Assembly (NCBI GenBank): GCA_964016885.1
Contig: OZ024742.1
Location: forward strand, 346,828,001 to 346,892,000
Direction of reading: 5' to 3'
DNA: 64,000 nucleotides
From: Eledone cirrhosa
Taxonomy: Eukaryota
Of the stretch, positions 1 through 14,615 are shown in pieces; the first letter of the stretch is position 1, and the number at the start of each line of letters is the position of its first letter. The notes below the pieces were generated by a model. The model was not told the DNA's origin, searched no databases, and saw only the letters and a program-made list of their open reading frames with translations. The translations under genes and the position numbers were made by a program.

Positions 1-3000
1 GAAGCCTACATTAAGATACTTGTAATATAATCCCACATTAAGATACTTGTAATATAAGCCAGCATTAAGATACTTGTAATATAAGTCTACATTAAGATAC
101 TTGTAATATAAGCCTATATTAAGATACGCGTAATATAAGCCCACATTAAGATACTTGTAATATAAGCCTACATTAACATACTTGTAATATAAGCCCACAT
201 TAAGATACTTGTAATATAAGCCAACATTAAGATACTTGTAATATAATCCCACATTAAGATACGTGTAATATAAGCCTACATTAAGATACTTGTAATATAA
301 TCCCACATTAAGATACTTGTAATATAAGCCTACATTAAGATACTTGTATTATAAGCCTACATTAAGATACTTGTATTATAAGCCCACATTAAGATACTTG
401 TAATATAATCCCACATTAAGATACTTGTAATATAATCCCACATTACGATACTTGTTATATAATCCCACATTAAAATACTTGTAATATAAGCCGACATTAA
501 GATACTTGTAATATAATCCCACATTAAGATATTTGTAATATAAGACTACATTAAGATACGTGTAATATAAGCCAACATTAACATACTTGTAATATAAGCC
601 TACATTAAGATACTCGTAATATAAGCCTACATTAAGATACTTGTAATATAAGCCTACATTAAGATACGTTTAATATAAGCCAACATTAAGATACTTGTAA
701 TATAATCCCACATTAAGATACTTGTAATATAAGCCAGCATTAAGATACATGTAATATAAGTCTACGTTAAGATACTTGTAATATAAGCCTACATTAAGAT
801 ACTTGTAATATAAGCCTACATTAAGATACTTGTATTATAAGCCTCCATTAAGATACTTGTAATATAAGTCTACATTAAGATACTCGTAATATAAGCCTAC
901 ATTAAGATACTTGTAATATAAGCCAACATTAAGATACTTGTAATATAAGCCTACATTAAGATACTTGTAATATAAGCCAACATTAAGATATTTGTATTAT
1001 AAGCCTACATTAAGATACTTGTAATATAATCCCACATTAAGATACTTATAATATAATCCCACATTAAGATACGTGTAATATAAGCCTACATTAAGATACG
1101 TGTAATATAAGCCAACATTAAGATACTTGTAATATAAGCCCAAATTAAGATAATTGTAATATAAGCCTACATTAAGATACTCGTAATATAAGTCTACATT
1201 AAGATACGTGTAATATAAGCCAACATTAAGATACTTGTATTATAAGCCCACATTAAGATACTAGTAATATAAGCCCACATTAAGATACTTGTAATATAAG
1301 CCAACATTAAGATACTTATAATATAAGCCTACATTAAGATACTTGTATTATAACCCTACATTAAGATACTTGTATTATAAGCCCACATTAAGATACTTGT
1401 AATATAATCCCACATTACGATACTTGTTATATAATCCCACATTAAAATACTTGTAATATAAGCCTACATTAAGATACATGTAATATAATCCCACATTAAG
1501 ATATTTGTAATATAAGCCTACATTATGATACTTGTAATATAAGCCAACATTAAGATACTTGTAATATAAGCCTACATTAAGATACTTGTATTATAAGCCC
1601 ACATTAAGATACTTGTAATATAATCCTTCATTAAGATACTTGTAATATAACCTACATTAAGATACTTGTAATATAATCCTACATTAAGATACTTGTATTA
1701 TAAGCCTACATTAAGATACTTGTATTATAAGCCCACATTAAGATACTTGTAATATAAGCCTACATTAAGATACTTGTAATATAAGCCTACAATAAGATAC
1801 TTGTAAAATAAGTCTACATTAAGATACTTGTAATATAAGCCTACATTAAGATACTTGTAATATAAGCCTACATTAAGATACTTGTAATATAAGCCTACAT
1901 TAAGATACTTGTATTATAAGCCTACATTAAGATACGTGTAATATAAGCCAACATTAAGCTACTTGTATTATAAGTCTACATTAAGATACTCGTAATATAA
2001 GGCTACATTAAGATACTTGTAATATAAGCCAACGTTAAGATACTTGTATTATAAGCCGACATTAAGATACTTGTAATATAAGCCTACATTAAGATACTTG
2101 TAATATAAGCCAACATTAAGATACTTGTAATATAAGTCAACATTAAGATACTTGTAATACAATCCCACATTAATATACTTGTAATATAAGCCAGCATTAA
2201 GATACTTGTAATATAAGTCTACATTAAGATACTTGTAATATAAGCCTACATTAAGATACTCGTAATATAAGTCTACATTAAGATACTTGTAATATAAGCC
2301 TACATTAAGATACTTGTATTATAAGCCCACATTAAGATACTAATAATATAAGCCCACATTAAGATACTTGTAATATAAGCCAACATTAAGATACTTGTAA
2401 TATAAGCCTACATTAAGATACTTGTATTATAAGCCTACATTAAGATACTTGTAATATAAGCCTACATTAAGATACTTGTATTATAAGCCTTCATTAAGAT
2501 ACTTGTAATATAAGCCTACATTAAGATACTTGTATTATAAGCCTACATTAAGATACTTGTATTATAAGCCTACATTAAGATACTTGTAATATAAGCCAAC
2601 ATTAAGATACTTGTATTATAAGCCTACATTAAGATACTTGTAATATAAGCCAACATTAAGATACTTGTATTATAAGCCTACATTAAGATACTTGTAATAT
2701 AAGCCTACATTAAGATACTTGTATTATAAGCCTACATTAAGATACTTGTATTATAAGCCCGCATTAATATACTTGTAATATAAGCCTACATTAAGATACT
2801 TGTATTATAAGCCTACATTAAGATACTTGTATTATAAGCCCACATTAAGATACTTGTAATATAATCCCACATTAAGATACTTGTAATATAATCCCACATT
2901 ACGATACTTGTTATATAATCCCACATTAAAATACTTGTAATATAAGCCGACATTAAGATACTTGTAATATAATCCCACATTAAGATATTTGTAATATAAG

Positions 3001-6000
3001 CCTACATTAAGATACGTGTAATATAAGCCAACATTAAGATACTTGTAATATAAGCCTACATTAAGATACTCGTAATATAAGCCTACATTAAGATACTTGT
3101 AATATAAGCCAACATTAAGATACTTGTAATATAAGCCCACATTAAGATACTTGTAATATAAGCCAACATTAAGATAACTGTATTATAAGCCTACATTAAA
3201 ATACTTGTAATGTAAGCCGACATTAAGATACTTGTAATATAATCCCACATTAAGATACTTGTAATATAAGCCTACATTAAGATACTTGTAATATAAGCCT
3301 ACATTAAGATACTCGTAATATAAGCCTACATTAAGATACTTGTATTATAAGCCTCCATTAAGATACTTGTATTATAAGCCCACATTAAGATACTTGTAAT
3401 ATAAGCACATATTAAGATAGTTGTAATATAAGCCCACATTAAGATACTCGTAATATAAGTCTACATTAAGATACGTGTAATATAAGCCTACATTAAGATA
3501 CTTGTATTATAAGTCTAATTTAAGATACTTGTAATATAAGCCTACATTAAGATACTTGTAATATAATCCCACATTAAGATACTTATAATATAATCCCACA
3601 TTAAGATACGTGTAATATAAGCCTACATTAAGATACTTGTAATATAATCCCACATTAAGATACTTGTAATATAAGCCAGCATTAAGATACATGTAATATA
3701 AGTCTACATTAAGATACTTGTAATATAAGCCTACATTAAGATACTCGTAATATAAGCCTACATTAAGATACTTGTAATATAAGCCTACATTAAGATACTT
3801 GTATTATAAGCCTCCATTAAGATACTTGTAATATAAGTCTACATTAAGATACTCGTAATATAAGCCTACATTAAGATACTTGTAATATAAGCCTACATTA
3901 AGATACTTGTAATATAAGCCTACATTAAGATACTTGTAATATAAGCCTACATTAAGATACTTGTATTATAAGCCTACATTAAGATACTTGTATTATAAGC
4001 CCACATTAATATACTTGTAATATAATCCCACATTACGATACTTGTTATATAATCCCACATTAAAATACTTGTAATATAAGCCTACATTAAGATACTTGTA
4101 ATATAATCCCACATTAAGATATTTGTAATATAAGCCTACATTAAGATACGTGTAATATAAGCCAAGATTAAGATACTTGTAATATAAGCCTACATTAAGA
4201 TACTCGTAATATAAGCCTACATTAAATACTTGTAATATAAGCCAACATTAAGATACTTGTAATATAAGCCCACATTAAGATACTTGTAATATAAGCCAAC
4301 ATTAAGATACTTGTATTATAAGCCTACATTAAGATACTTGTAATATAGGCCTACATTAAGACACTTGTAATATAAGCCTACATTAAGATACTCGTAATAT
4401 AAGCCTACATTAAGATACTTGTATTATAAGCCTACATTAAGATACTTGTATTATAAGCCCACATTAACATACTTGTAATATAAGCCCATATTAAGATACT
4501 TGTAATATAAGCTCACATTAAGATACTCGTAATATAAGTCTACATTACGATACGTGTAATATAAGCCTACATTAAGATACTTGTAATATAAGTCTACATT
4601 AAGATACTTGTAATATAATCCCACATTAAGATACGTGTAATATAAGCCTACATTAAGATACTTGTAATATAAGCGCACATTAAGATACTTGTAATATAAG
4701 CCTACATTAAGATACGTGTAATATAAGCCAACATTAAGATACTTGTAATATAAGTCTACATTAAGATACGTGTAATATAAGCCCACATTAAGATACTTGT
4801 AATATAAGCCCACATTAAGATACTTGTAATATTAGCCCACATTAAGATACTTGTAATATAAGTCTACATTAAGATACGTGTAATATAAGCCTACATTAAG
4901 TTATTTGTAATATAAGCCCACATTAAGATACTTGTATTATAAGCCTACATTAAGATACTTGTAATATAATCCCACATTAAGATACATATAATATAATCCC
5001 ACATTAAGATACGTGTAATATAAGCCTACATTAAGATACGTGTAATATAAGCCAACATTAAGATACTTGTAATATAAGCCAACATTAAGATACTTGTAAT
5101 ATAAGCCAACATTAAGATACTTGTAATATAAGCCTACATTAAGATACTCGTAATATAAGCCTACATTAAGATACTTGTAATATAATCCAACATTAAGATA
5201 TTTGTAATATAAGCCTACATTAAGATACGTGTAATATAAGCCAACATTAAGATACTTGTATTATAAGCCTACATTAAGATACTTGTAATATAAGACTACA
5301 TTAAGATACTTGTAATATAAGCCAACATTGAGATACTTGTAATATAAGCCAACATTAAAATACTTGTAATATAAGCCTACATTAAGATACTCGTAATATA
5401 AGCCTACATTAAGATACTTGTATTATAAGCCCACATTAAGATACTTGTAATATAAGCCCATATTAAATACTTGTAATATAAGCCTACATTAAGATACTCG
5501 TAATATAAGTCTACATTAAGATACGTGTATTATAAGCCTACATTAAGATACTTGTAATATAAGCCTTCATTAAGATACTTGTAATATAAGCCAACATTAA
5601 AATACATGTAATATAAGCCTACATTAAGATACTTGTAATATAAGCCTACATTAAGATACTTGTAATATAATCCCACATTATGATACTTGTAATGTAAGCC
5701 AACATTAAGATACTTGTAATATAAGCCAATATTAAGATACTTGTAATAGAAGCCTACATTAAGATACTTGTAATATAATCCCACATTAAGATACTTGTAA
5801 TATAAGCCAGCATTAAGATACTTGTAATATAAGTCTACATTAAGATACTTGTAATATAAGCCTATATTAAGATACGCGTAATATAAGCCCACATTAAGAT
5901 ACTTGTAATATAAGCCTACATTAAGATACTTGTAATATAAGCCCACATTAAGATACTTGTAATATAAGCCAACATTAAGATACTTGTAATATAAGCCGAC

Positions 6001-7079
6001 ATTAAGATACTTGTATTATAAGCTCACATTAAGATACTTGTAATATAATCCGACATTAAGATACTTGTAATATAAGCCTACATTAAGATACGTGTAATAT
6101 AAGCCAACATTAAGATACTTGTAATATAAGCCTGCATTATGATACTTGTAATATAAGCCTACATTAAGATACTTGTATTATAAGCCTACATTAAGATACT
6201 TGTAATATAATCCAACATTAAGATACTTGTAATATAAGCCTACATTAAGATACTCGTAATATAAGCCCACATTAAGATACTTCTAATATAAGCCTACATT
6301 AAGATACTTGTATTATAAGCCGACATTAAGATACTTGTAATATAATCCCTCATTAAGATACTTGTAATATAATCCCACATTAAGATACTTGTAATATAAG
6401 CCAACATTAAGATACTTGTAATATAAGCCTACATTAAGATACTTGTAATATAAGCCCGCATTAAGATACTTGTAATATAAGCCTACATTAAGATACTTGT
6501 AATATAATCCCACATTAATATACTTATAATATAATCCCACATTAAGATACGTGTAATATAAGCCTTCATTAAGATACGTGTAATATAAGTCAACATCAAG
6601 ATACTTGTAACATAAGCCTACATTAAGATACTTGTAATACAAGCCCACATTAAGATACTTGTAATATAATCCCACATTAAGATACTTATAATATAATCCC
6701 ACGTTAAGGTACGTGTAATATAAGCCTACATTAAGATACGTGTAATATAAACATACATTAAGATACTTGTATTATAAGCCCACATTAAGATACTAGTAAT
6801 ATAAGCCCACATTAAGATACTTGTAATATAAGCCAACATTAAGATACGTGTAATATAAGCCTACATTAAGATACTTGTATTATAAGCCCACATTAAGATA
6901 CTAGTAATATAAGCCCACATTAAGATACTTGTAATATAAGCCAACATTAAGATACTTGTAATATAAGCCTACATTAAGATACTTGCATTATAAGCCGACA
7001 TTAAGATACTTGTAATATAAGCCTACATTAAGATACTTGTATTATAAGCCTTCATTGAGATACTTGTAATATAAGCCTA

Positions 7080-10000
7080 CATTAAGATACTTGTATTATA
7101 AGCCTACATTAAGATACTTGCATTATAAGCCCACATTAAGATACTTGTAATATAATCCCACATTACGATACTTGTTATATAATCCCACATTAAAATACTT
7201 GTAATATAAGCCTACATTAAGATACTTGTAATATAATCCCACATTAAGATATTTGTAATATAAGCCTACATTAAGATACGTGTAATATAAGCCAACATTA
7301 AGATACTTGTAATATAAGCCTACATTAAGATACTCGTAATATAAGCCTACATTAAGATACTTGTAATATAAGCCAACATTAAGATACTTGTAATATAAGC
7401 CCACATTAAGATACTTGTAATATAAGCCAACATTAAGATACTTGTATTATAAGCCTACATTAAGATACTTGTAATATAAGCCTACATTAAGACACTTGTA
7501 ATATAAGCCTACAATAAGATACTCGTAATATAAGCCTACATTAAGATACTTGTATTATAAGCCTACATTAAGATACTTGTATTATAAGCCCACATTAACA
7601 TACTTGTAATATAAGCCCATATTAAGATACTTGTAATATAAGCTCACATTAAGATACTCGTAATATAAGTCTACATTACGATACGTGTAATATAAGCCTA
7701 CATTAAGATACTTGTAATATAAGTCTACATTAAGATACTTGTAATATAATCCCACATTAAGATACGTGTAATATAAGCCTACATTAAGATACTTGTAATA
7801 TAAGCCCACATTAAGATACTTGTAATATAAGCCTACATTAAGATACGTGTAATATAAGCCTACATTAAGATACTTGTAATATAAGTCTACATTAAGATAC
7901 GTGTAATATAAGCCCACATTAAGATACTTGTAATATAAGCCTACATTAAGATACTTGTAATATAAGCCCACATTAAGATACTTGTAATATAAGTCTACAT
8001 TAAGATACGTGTAATATAAGCCTACATTAAGTTACTTGTAATATTAGCCCACATTAAGATACTTGTATTATAAGCCTACATTAAGATACTTGTAATATAA
8101 TGCCACATTAAGATACATATAATATAATCCCACATTAAGATACGTGTAATATAAGCCTACATTAAGATACGTGTAATATAAGCCAACATTAAGATACTTG
8201 TAATATAAGCCTACATTAAGATACTTGTAATATAAGCCAACATTAAGATACTTGTAATATAAGCCTACATTAAGATACGTGTAATATAAGCCTACATTAA
8301 GATACTTGTAATATAAGTCTACATTAAGATACGAATAATATAAGCCCACATTAAGATACTTGTAATATAAGCCTACATTAAGATACTTGTAATATAAGCC
8401 CACATTAAGATACTTGTAATATAAGCCTACATTAAGATACGTGTAATATAAGCCTACATTAAGTTACTTGTAATATAAGCCCACATTAAGATACTTGTAT
8501 TATAAGCCTACATTAAGATACTTGTAATATAATCCCACATTAAGATACTTGTATTATAAGCCTACATTAAGATACTTGTATTATAAGCCCACATTAAGAT
8601 ACGTGTAATATAAGCCAACATTAAGATACTTGTAATATAAGCCAACATTAAGATACTTGTAATATAAGCCAACATTAAGATACTTGTAATATAAGCCAAC
8701 ATTAAGATACTTGTAAAATAATCCCACATTAAGATACTTATAATATAATCCCACATTAAGATACGTGTAATATAAGCCTACATTAAGATACGTGTAATAT
8801 AAGCCAACATTAAGATACTTGTAATATAAGCCCAAATTAAGATAATTGTAATATAAGCCCACATTAAGATACTTGTAATATAAGCCTACATTAAGATACT
8901 CGTAATATAAGTCTACATTAAGATACGTGTAATATAAGCCAACATTAAGATACTTGTAGTATAAGCCCACATTAAGATACTAGTAATATAAGCCAACATT
9001 AAGATACTTGTAATATAAGCCAACATTAAGATACTTATAATATAAGCCTACATTAAGATACTTGTATTATAAGCCTACATTAAGATACTTGTATTATAAG
9101 CCCACATTAAGACACTTGTAATATAATCCCACATTACGATACTTGTTATATAATCCCACATTAAAATACTTGTAATATAAGCCTACATTAAGATACTTGT
9201 AATATAATCCCATATTAAGATATTTGTAATATAAGCCTACATTAAGATACGTGTAATATAAGCCAACATTAAGATACTTGTAATATAAGCCTACATTAAG
9301 ATACTCGTAATATAAGCCTACATTAAGATACTTGTAATATAAGCCAACATTAAGATACTTGTAATATAAGCCCACATTAAGATACTTGTAATATAAGCCA
9401 ACATTAAGATACTTGTATTATAAGCCTACATTAAGATACTTGTAATATAAGCCTACATTAAGACACTTGTAATATAAGCCTACATTAAGATACTCGTAAT
9501 ATAAGCCTACATTAAGATACTTGTATTATAAGCCTACATTAAGATACTTGTATTATAAGCCCACCTTAACATACTTGTAATATAAGCCCATATTAAGATA
9601 CTTGTAATATAAGCTCACATTAAGATACTCGTAATATAAGTCTACATTACGATACGTGTAATATAAGCCTACATTAAGATACTTGTAATATAAGTCTACA
9701 TTAAGATACTTGTAATATAATCCCACATTAAGATACGTGTAATATAAGCCTACATTAAGATACTTGTAATATAAGCCCACATTAAGATACTTGTAATATA
9801 AGCCTACATTAAGATACGTGTAATATAAGCCTACATTAAGATACTTGTAATATAAGTCTACATTAAGATACGTGTAATATAAGCCTACATTAAGATACTT
9901 GTAATATAAGCCTACATTAAGATACTTGTAATATAAGCCCACATTAAGATACTTGTAATATAAGTCTACATTAAGATACGTGTAATATAAGCCTACATTA

Positions 10001-13000
10001 AGTTACTTGTAATATTAGCCCACATTAAGATACTTGTATTATAAGCCTACATTAAGATACTTGTAATATAATGCCACATTAAGATACATATAATATAATC
10101 CCACATTAAGATACGTGTAATATAAGCCTACATTAAGATACGTGTAATATAAGCCATTAAGATACTTGTAATATAAGCCCACATTAAGATACTTGTAATA
10201 TAAGCCAACATTAAGATACTTGTAATATAAGCCTACATTAAGATACGTGTAATATAAGCCTACATTAAGATACTTGTAATATAAGTCTACATTAAGATAC
10301 GAATAATATAAGCCCACATTAAGATACTTGTAATATAAGCCTACATTAAGATACTTGTAATATAAGCCCACATTAAGATACTTGTAATATAAGCCTACAT
10401 TAAGATACGTGTAATATAAGCCTACATTAAGTTACTTGTAATATAAGCCCACATTAAGATACTTGTATTATAAGCCTACATTAAGATACTTGTAATATAA
10501 TCCCACATTAAGATACTTGTATTATAAGCCTACATTAAGATACTTGTATTATAAGCCCACATTAAGATACGTGTAATATAAGCCAACATTAAGATACTTG
10601 TAATATAAGCCAACATTAAGATACTTGTAATATAAGCCAACATTAAGATACTTGTAATATAAGCCAACATTAAGATACTTGTAAAATAATCCCACATTAA
10701 GATACTTATAATATAATCCCACATTAAGATACGTGTAATATAAGCCTACATTAAGATACGTGTAATATAAGCCAACATTAAGATACTTGTAATATAAGCC
10801 CAAATTAAGATAATTGTAATATAAGCCCACATTAAGATACTTGTAATATAAGCCTACATTAAGATACTCGTAATATAAGTCTACATTAAGATACGTGTAA
10901 TATAAGCCAACATTAAGATACTTGTAGTATAAGCCCACATTAAGATACTAGTAATATAAGCCAACATTAAGATACTTGTAATATAAGCCAACATTAAGAT
11001 ACTTATAATATAAGCCTACATTAAGATACTTGTATTATAAGCCTACATTAAGATACTTGTATTATAAGCCCACATTAAGATACTTGTAATATAATCCCAC
11101 ATTACGATACTTGTTATATAATCCCACATTAAAATACTTGTAATATAAGCCTACATTAAGATACTTGTAATATAATCCCATATTAAGATATTTGTAATAT
11201 AAGCCTACATTAAGATACGTGTAATATAAGCCAACATTAAGATACTTGTAATATAAGCCTACATTAAGATACTCGTAATATAAGCCTACATTAAGATACT
11301 TGTAATATAAGCCAACATTAAGATACTTGTAATATAAGCCCACATTAAGATACTTGTAATATAAGCCAACATTAAGATACTTGTATTATAAGCCTACATT
11401 AAGATACTTGTAATATAAGCCTACATTAAGACACTTGTAATATAAGCCTACATTAAGATACTCGTAATATAAGCCTACATTAAGATACTTGTATTATAAG
11501 CCTACATTAAGATACTTGTATTATAAGCCCACCTTAACATACTTGTAATATAAGCCCATATTAAGATACTTGTAATATAAGCTCACATTAAGATACTCGT
11601 AATATAAGTCTACATTACGATACGTGTAATATAAGCCTACATTAAGATACTTGTAATATAAGTCTACATTAAGATACTTGTAATATAATCCCACATTAAG
11701 ATACGTGTAATATAAGCCTACATTAAGATACTTGTAATATAAGCCCACATTAAGATACTTGTAATATAAGCCTACATTAAGATACGTGTAATATAAGCCT
11801 ACATTAAGATACTTGTAATATAAGTCTACATTAAGATACGTGTAATATAAGCCTACATTAAGATACTTGTAATATAAGCCTACATTAAGATACTTGTAAT
11901 ATAAGCCCACATTAAGATACTTGTAATATAAGTCTACATTAAGATACGTGTAATATAAGCCTACATTAAGTTACTTGTAATATAAGCCCACATTAAGATA
12001 CTTGTATTATAAGCCTACATTAAGATACTTGTAATATAATCCCACATTAAGATACATATAATATAATCCCACATTAAGATACGTGTAATATAAGCCTACA
12101 TTAAGATACGTGTAATATAAGCCAACATTAAGATACTTGTAATATAAGCCCACATTAAGATACTTGTAATATAAGCCAACATTAAGATACTTGTAATATA
12201 AGCCTACATTAAGATACGTGTAATATAAGCCTACATTAAGATACTTGTAATATAAGTCTACATTAAGATACGAATAATATAAGCCCACATTAAGATACTT
12301 GTAATATAAGCCTACATTAAGATACTTGTAATATAAGCCCACATTAAGATACTTGTAATATAAGCCTACATTAGGATACGTGTAATATAAGCCTACATTA
12401 AGTTACTTGTAATATAAGCCCACATTAAGATACTTGTATTATAAGCCTACATTAAGATACTTGTAATATAATCCCACATTTAGATACTTGTATTATAAGC
12501 CTACATTAAGATACTTGTATTATAAGCCCACATTAAGATACGTGTAATATAAGCCAACATTAAGATACTTGTAATATAAGCCAACATTAAGATACTTGTA
12601 ATATAAGCCAACATTAAGATACTTGTAATATAAGCCAACATTAAGATACTTGTAATATAAGCCTACATTAAGATACTTGTAATATAAGCCCACATTAAGA
12701 TATTTGTATTATAAGCCTACATTAAGATACTTGTAATATAATCCCACATTAAGATACTTATAATATAATCCCACATTAAGATACGTGTAATATAAGCCTA
12801 CATTAAGATACGTGTAATATAAGCCAACATTAAGATACTTGTAATATAAGCCCAAACTAAGATAATTGGAATATAAGCCCACATTAAGATACTTGTAATA
12901 TAAGCCTACATTAAGATACTAGTAATATAAGCCCACATTAAGATACTTTTAATATAAGCCAACATTAAGATACTTATAATATAAGCCTACATTAAGATAC

Positions 13001-13600
13001 TTGTATTATAAGCCTACATTAAGATACTTGTATTATAAGCCCACATTAAGATACTTGTAATATAATCCCACATTACGATACTTGTTATATAATCCCACAT
13101 TAAAATACTTGTAATATAAGCCTTCATTAAGATACTTGTAATATAATCCCACATTAAGATATTTGTAATATAAGCCTACATTAAGATACGTGTAATATAA
13201 GCCAACATTAAGATACTTGTAATATAAGCCTACATTAAGATACTCGTAATATAAGCCTACATTAAGATACTTGTAATATAAGCCAACATTAAGATACTTG
13301 TAATATAAGCCCACATTAAGATACTTGTAATATAAGCCAACATTAAGATACTTGTATTATAAGCCTACATTAAGATACTTGTAATATAAGCCTAAATTAA
13401 GACACTTGTAATATAAACCTACATTAAGATACTCGTAATATAAGCCTACATTAAGATACTTGTATTATAAGCCTACATTAAGATACTTGTATTATAAGCC
13501 CACATTAACATACTTGTAATATAAGCCCATATTAAGATACTTGTAATATAAGCTCACATTAAGATACTCGTAATATAAGTCTACATTAAGATACGTGTAA
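7080..13600. repeat. Higher-order repeat, 73-monomer (1971-bp) unit, ~3.3 tandem copies
   Basis: Near-identical ORF-track entries at 7123/9094/11062/13033 (spacings 1971, 1968, 1971), 7582/9553/11521 and 8068/10039/12007. The 1968 spacing is explained by a 3-bp deletion at ~10155. The rare variant gatacgaata recurs at ~8330, ~10300 and ~12270. Boundaries are approximate. Confidence 0.9.
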
Positions 13601-14615
13601 TATAAGCCTACATTAAGATACTCGTAATATAAGCCTACATTAAGATACTTGTAATATAAGCCTAAATTAAGATACTTGTAATATAAGCCTACATTAAGAT
13701 ACTTGTAATATAAGCCCACATTAAGATATTTGTATTATAAGCCTACATTAAGATACTTGTAATATAATCCCACATTAAGATACTTATAATATAATCCCAC
13801 ATTAAGATACGTGTAATATAAGCCTACATTAAGATACGTGTAATATAAGCCAACATTAAGATACTTGTAATATAAGCCCAAACTAAGATAATTGGAATAT
13901 AAGCCCACATTAAGATACTTGTAATATAAGCCTACATTAAGATACTAGTAATATAAGCCCACATTAAGATACTTTTAATATAAGCCAACATTAAGATACT
14001 TATAATATAAGCCTACATTAAGATACTTGTATTATAAGCCTACATTAAGATACTTGTATTATAAGCCCACATTAAGATACTTGTAATATAATCCCACATT
14101 ACGATACTTGTTATATAATCCCACATTAAAATACTTGTAATATAAGCCTTCATTAAGATACTTGTAATATAATCCCACATTAAGATATTTGTAATATAAG
14201 CCTACATTAAGATACGTGTAATATAAGCCAACATTAAGATACTTGTAATATAAGCCTACATTAAGATACTCGTAATATAAGCCTACATTAAGATACTTGT
14301 AATATAAGCCAACATTAAGATACTTGTAATATAAGCCCACATTAAGATACTTGTAATATAAGCCAACATTAAGATACTTGTATTATAAGCCTACATTAAG
14401 ATACTTGTAATATAAGCCTAAATTAAGACACTTGTAATATAAACCTACATTAAGATACTCGTAATATAAGCCTACATTAAGATACTTGTATTATAAGCCT
14501 ACATTAAGATACTTGTATTATAAGCCCACATTAACATACTTGTAATATAAGCCCATATTAAGATACTTGTAATATAAGCTCACATTAAGATACTCGTAAT
14601 ATAAGTCTACATTAC
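12660..14615. repeat. Local 1026-bp (38-monomer) duplication
   Basis: The rare monomer cccaaactaagataattgga occurs at 12851 and 13877, tatttgtatt at 12701 and 13727, and identical ORFs at 13033 and 14059. Confidence 0.88.

Noticed and set aside
8562-10724. Alternative-frame ORFs MWDYIISILM...(LAYITSILM)n
   Set aside because: These arise only where runs of gcca/tccc monomers lack the TAG present in gcct monomers; they are the same repeat artefact.
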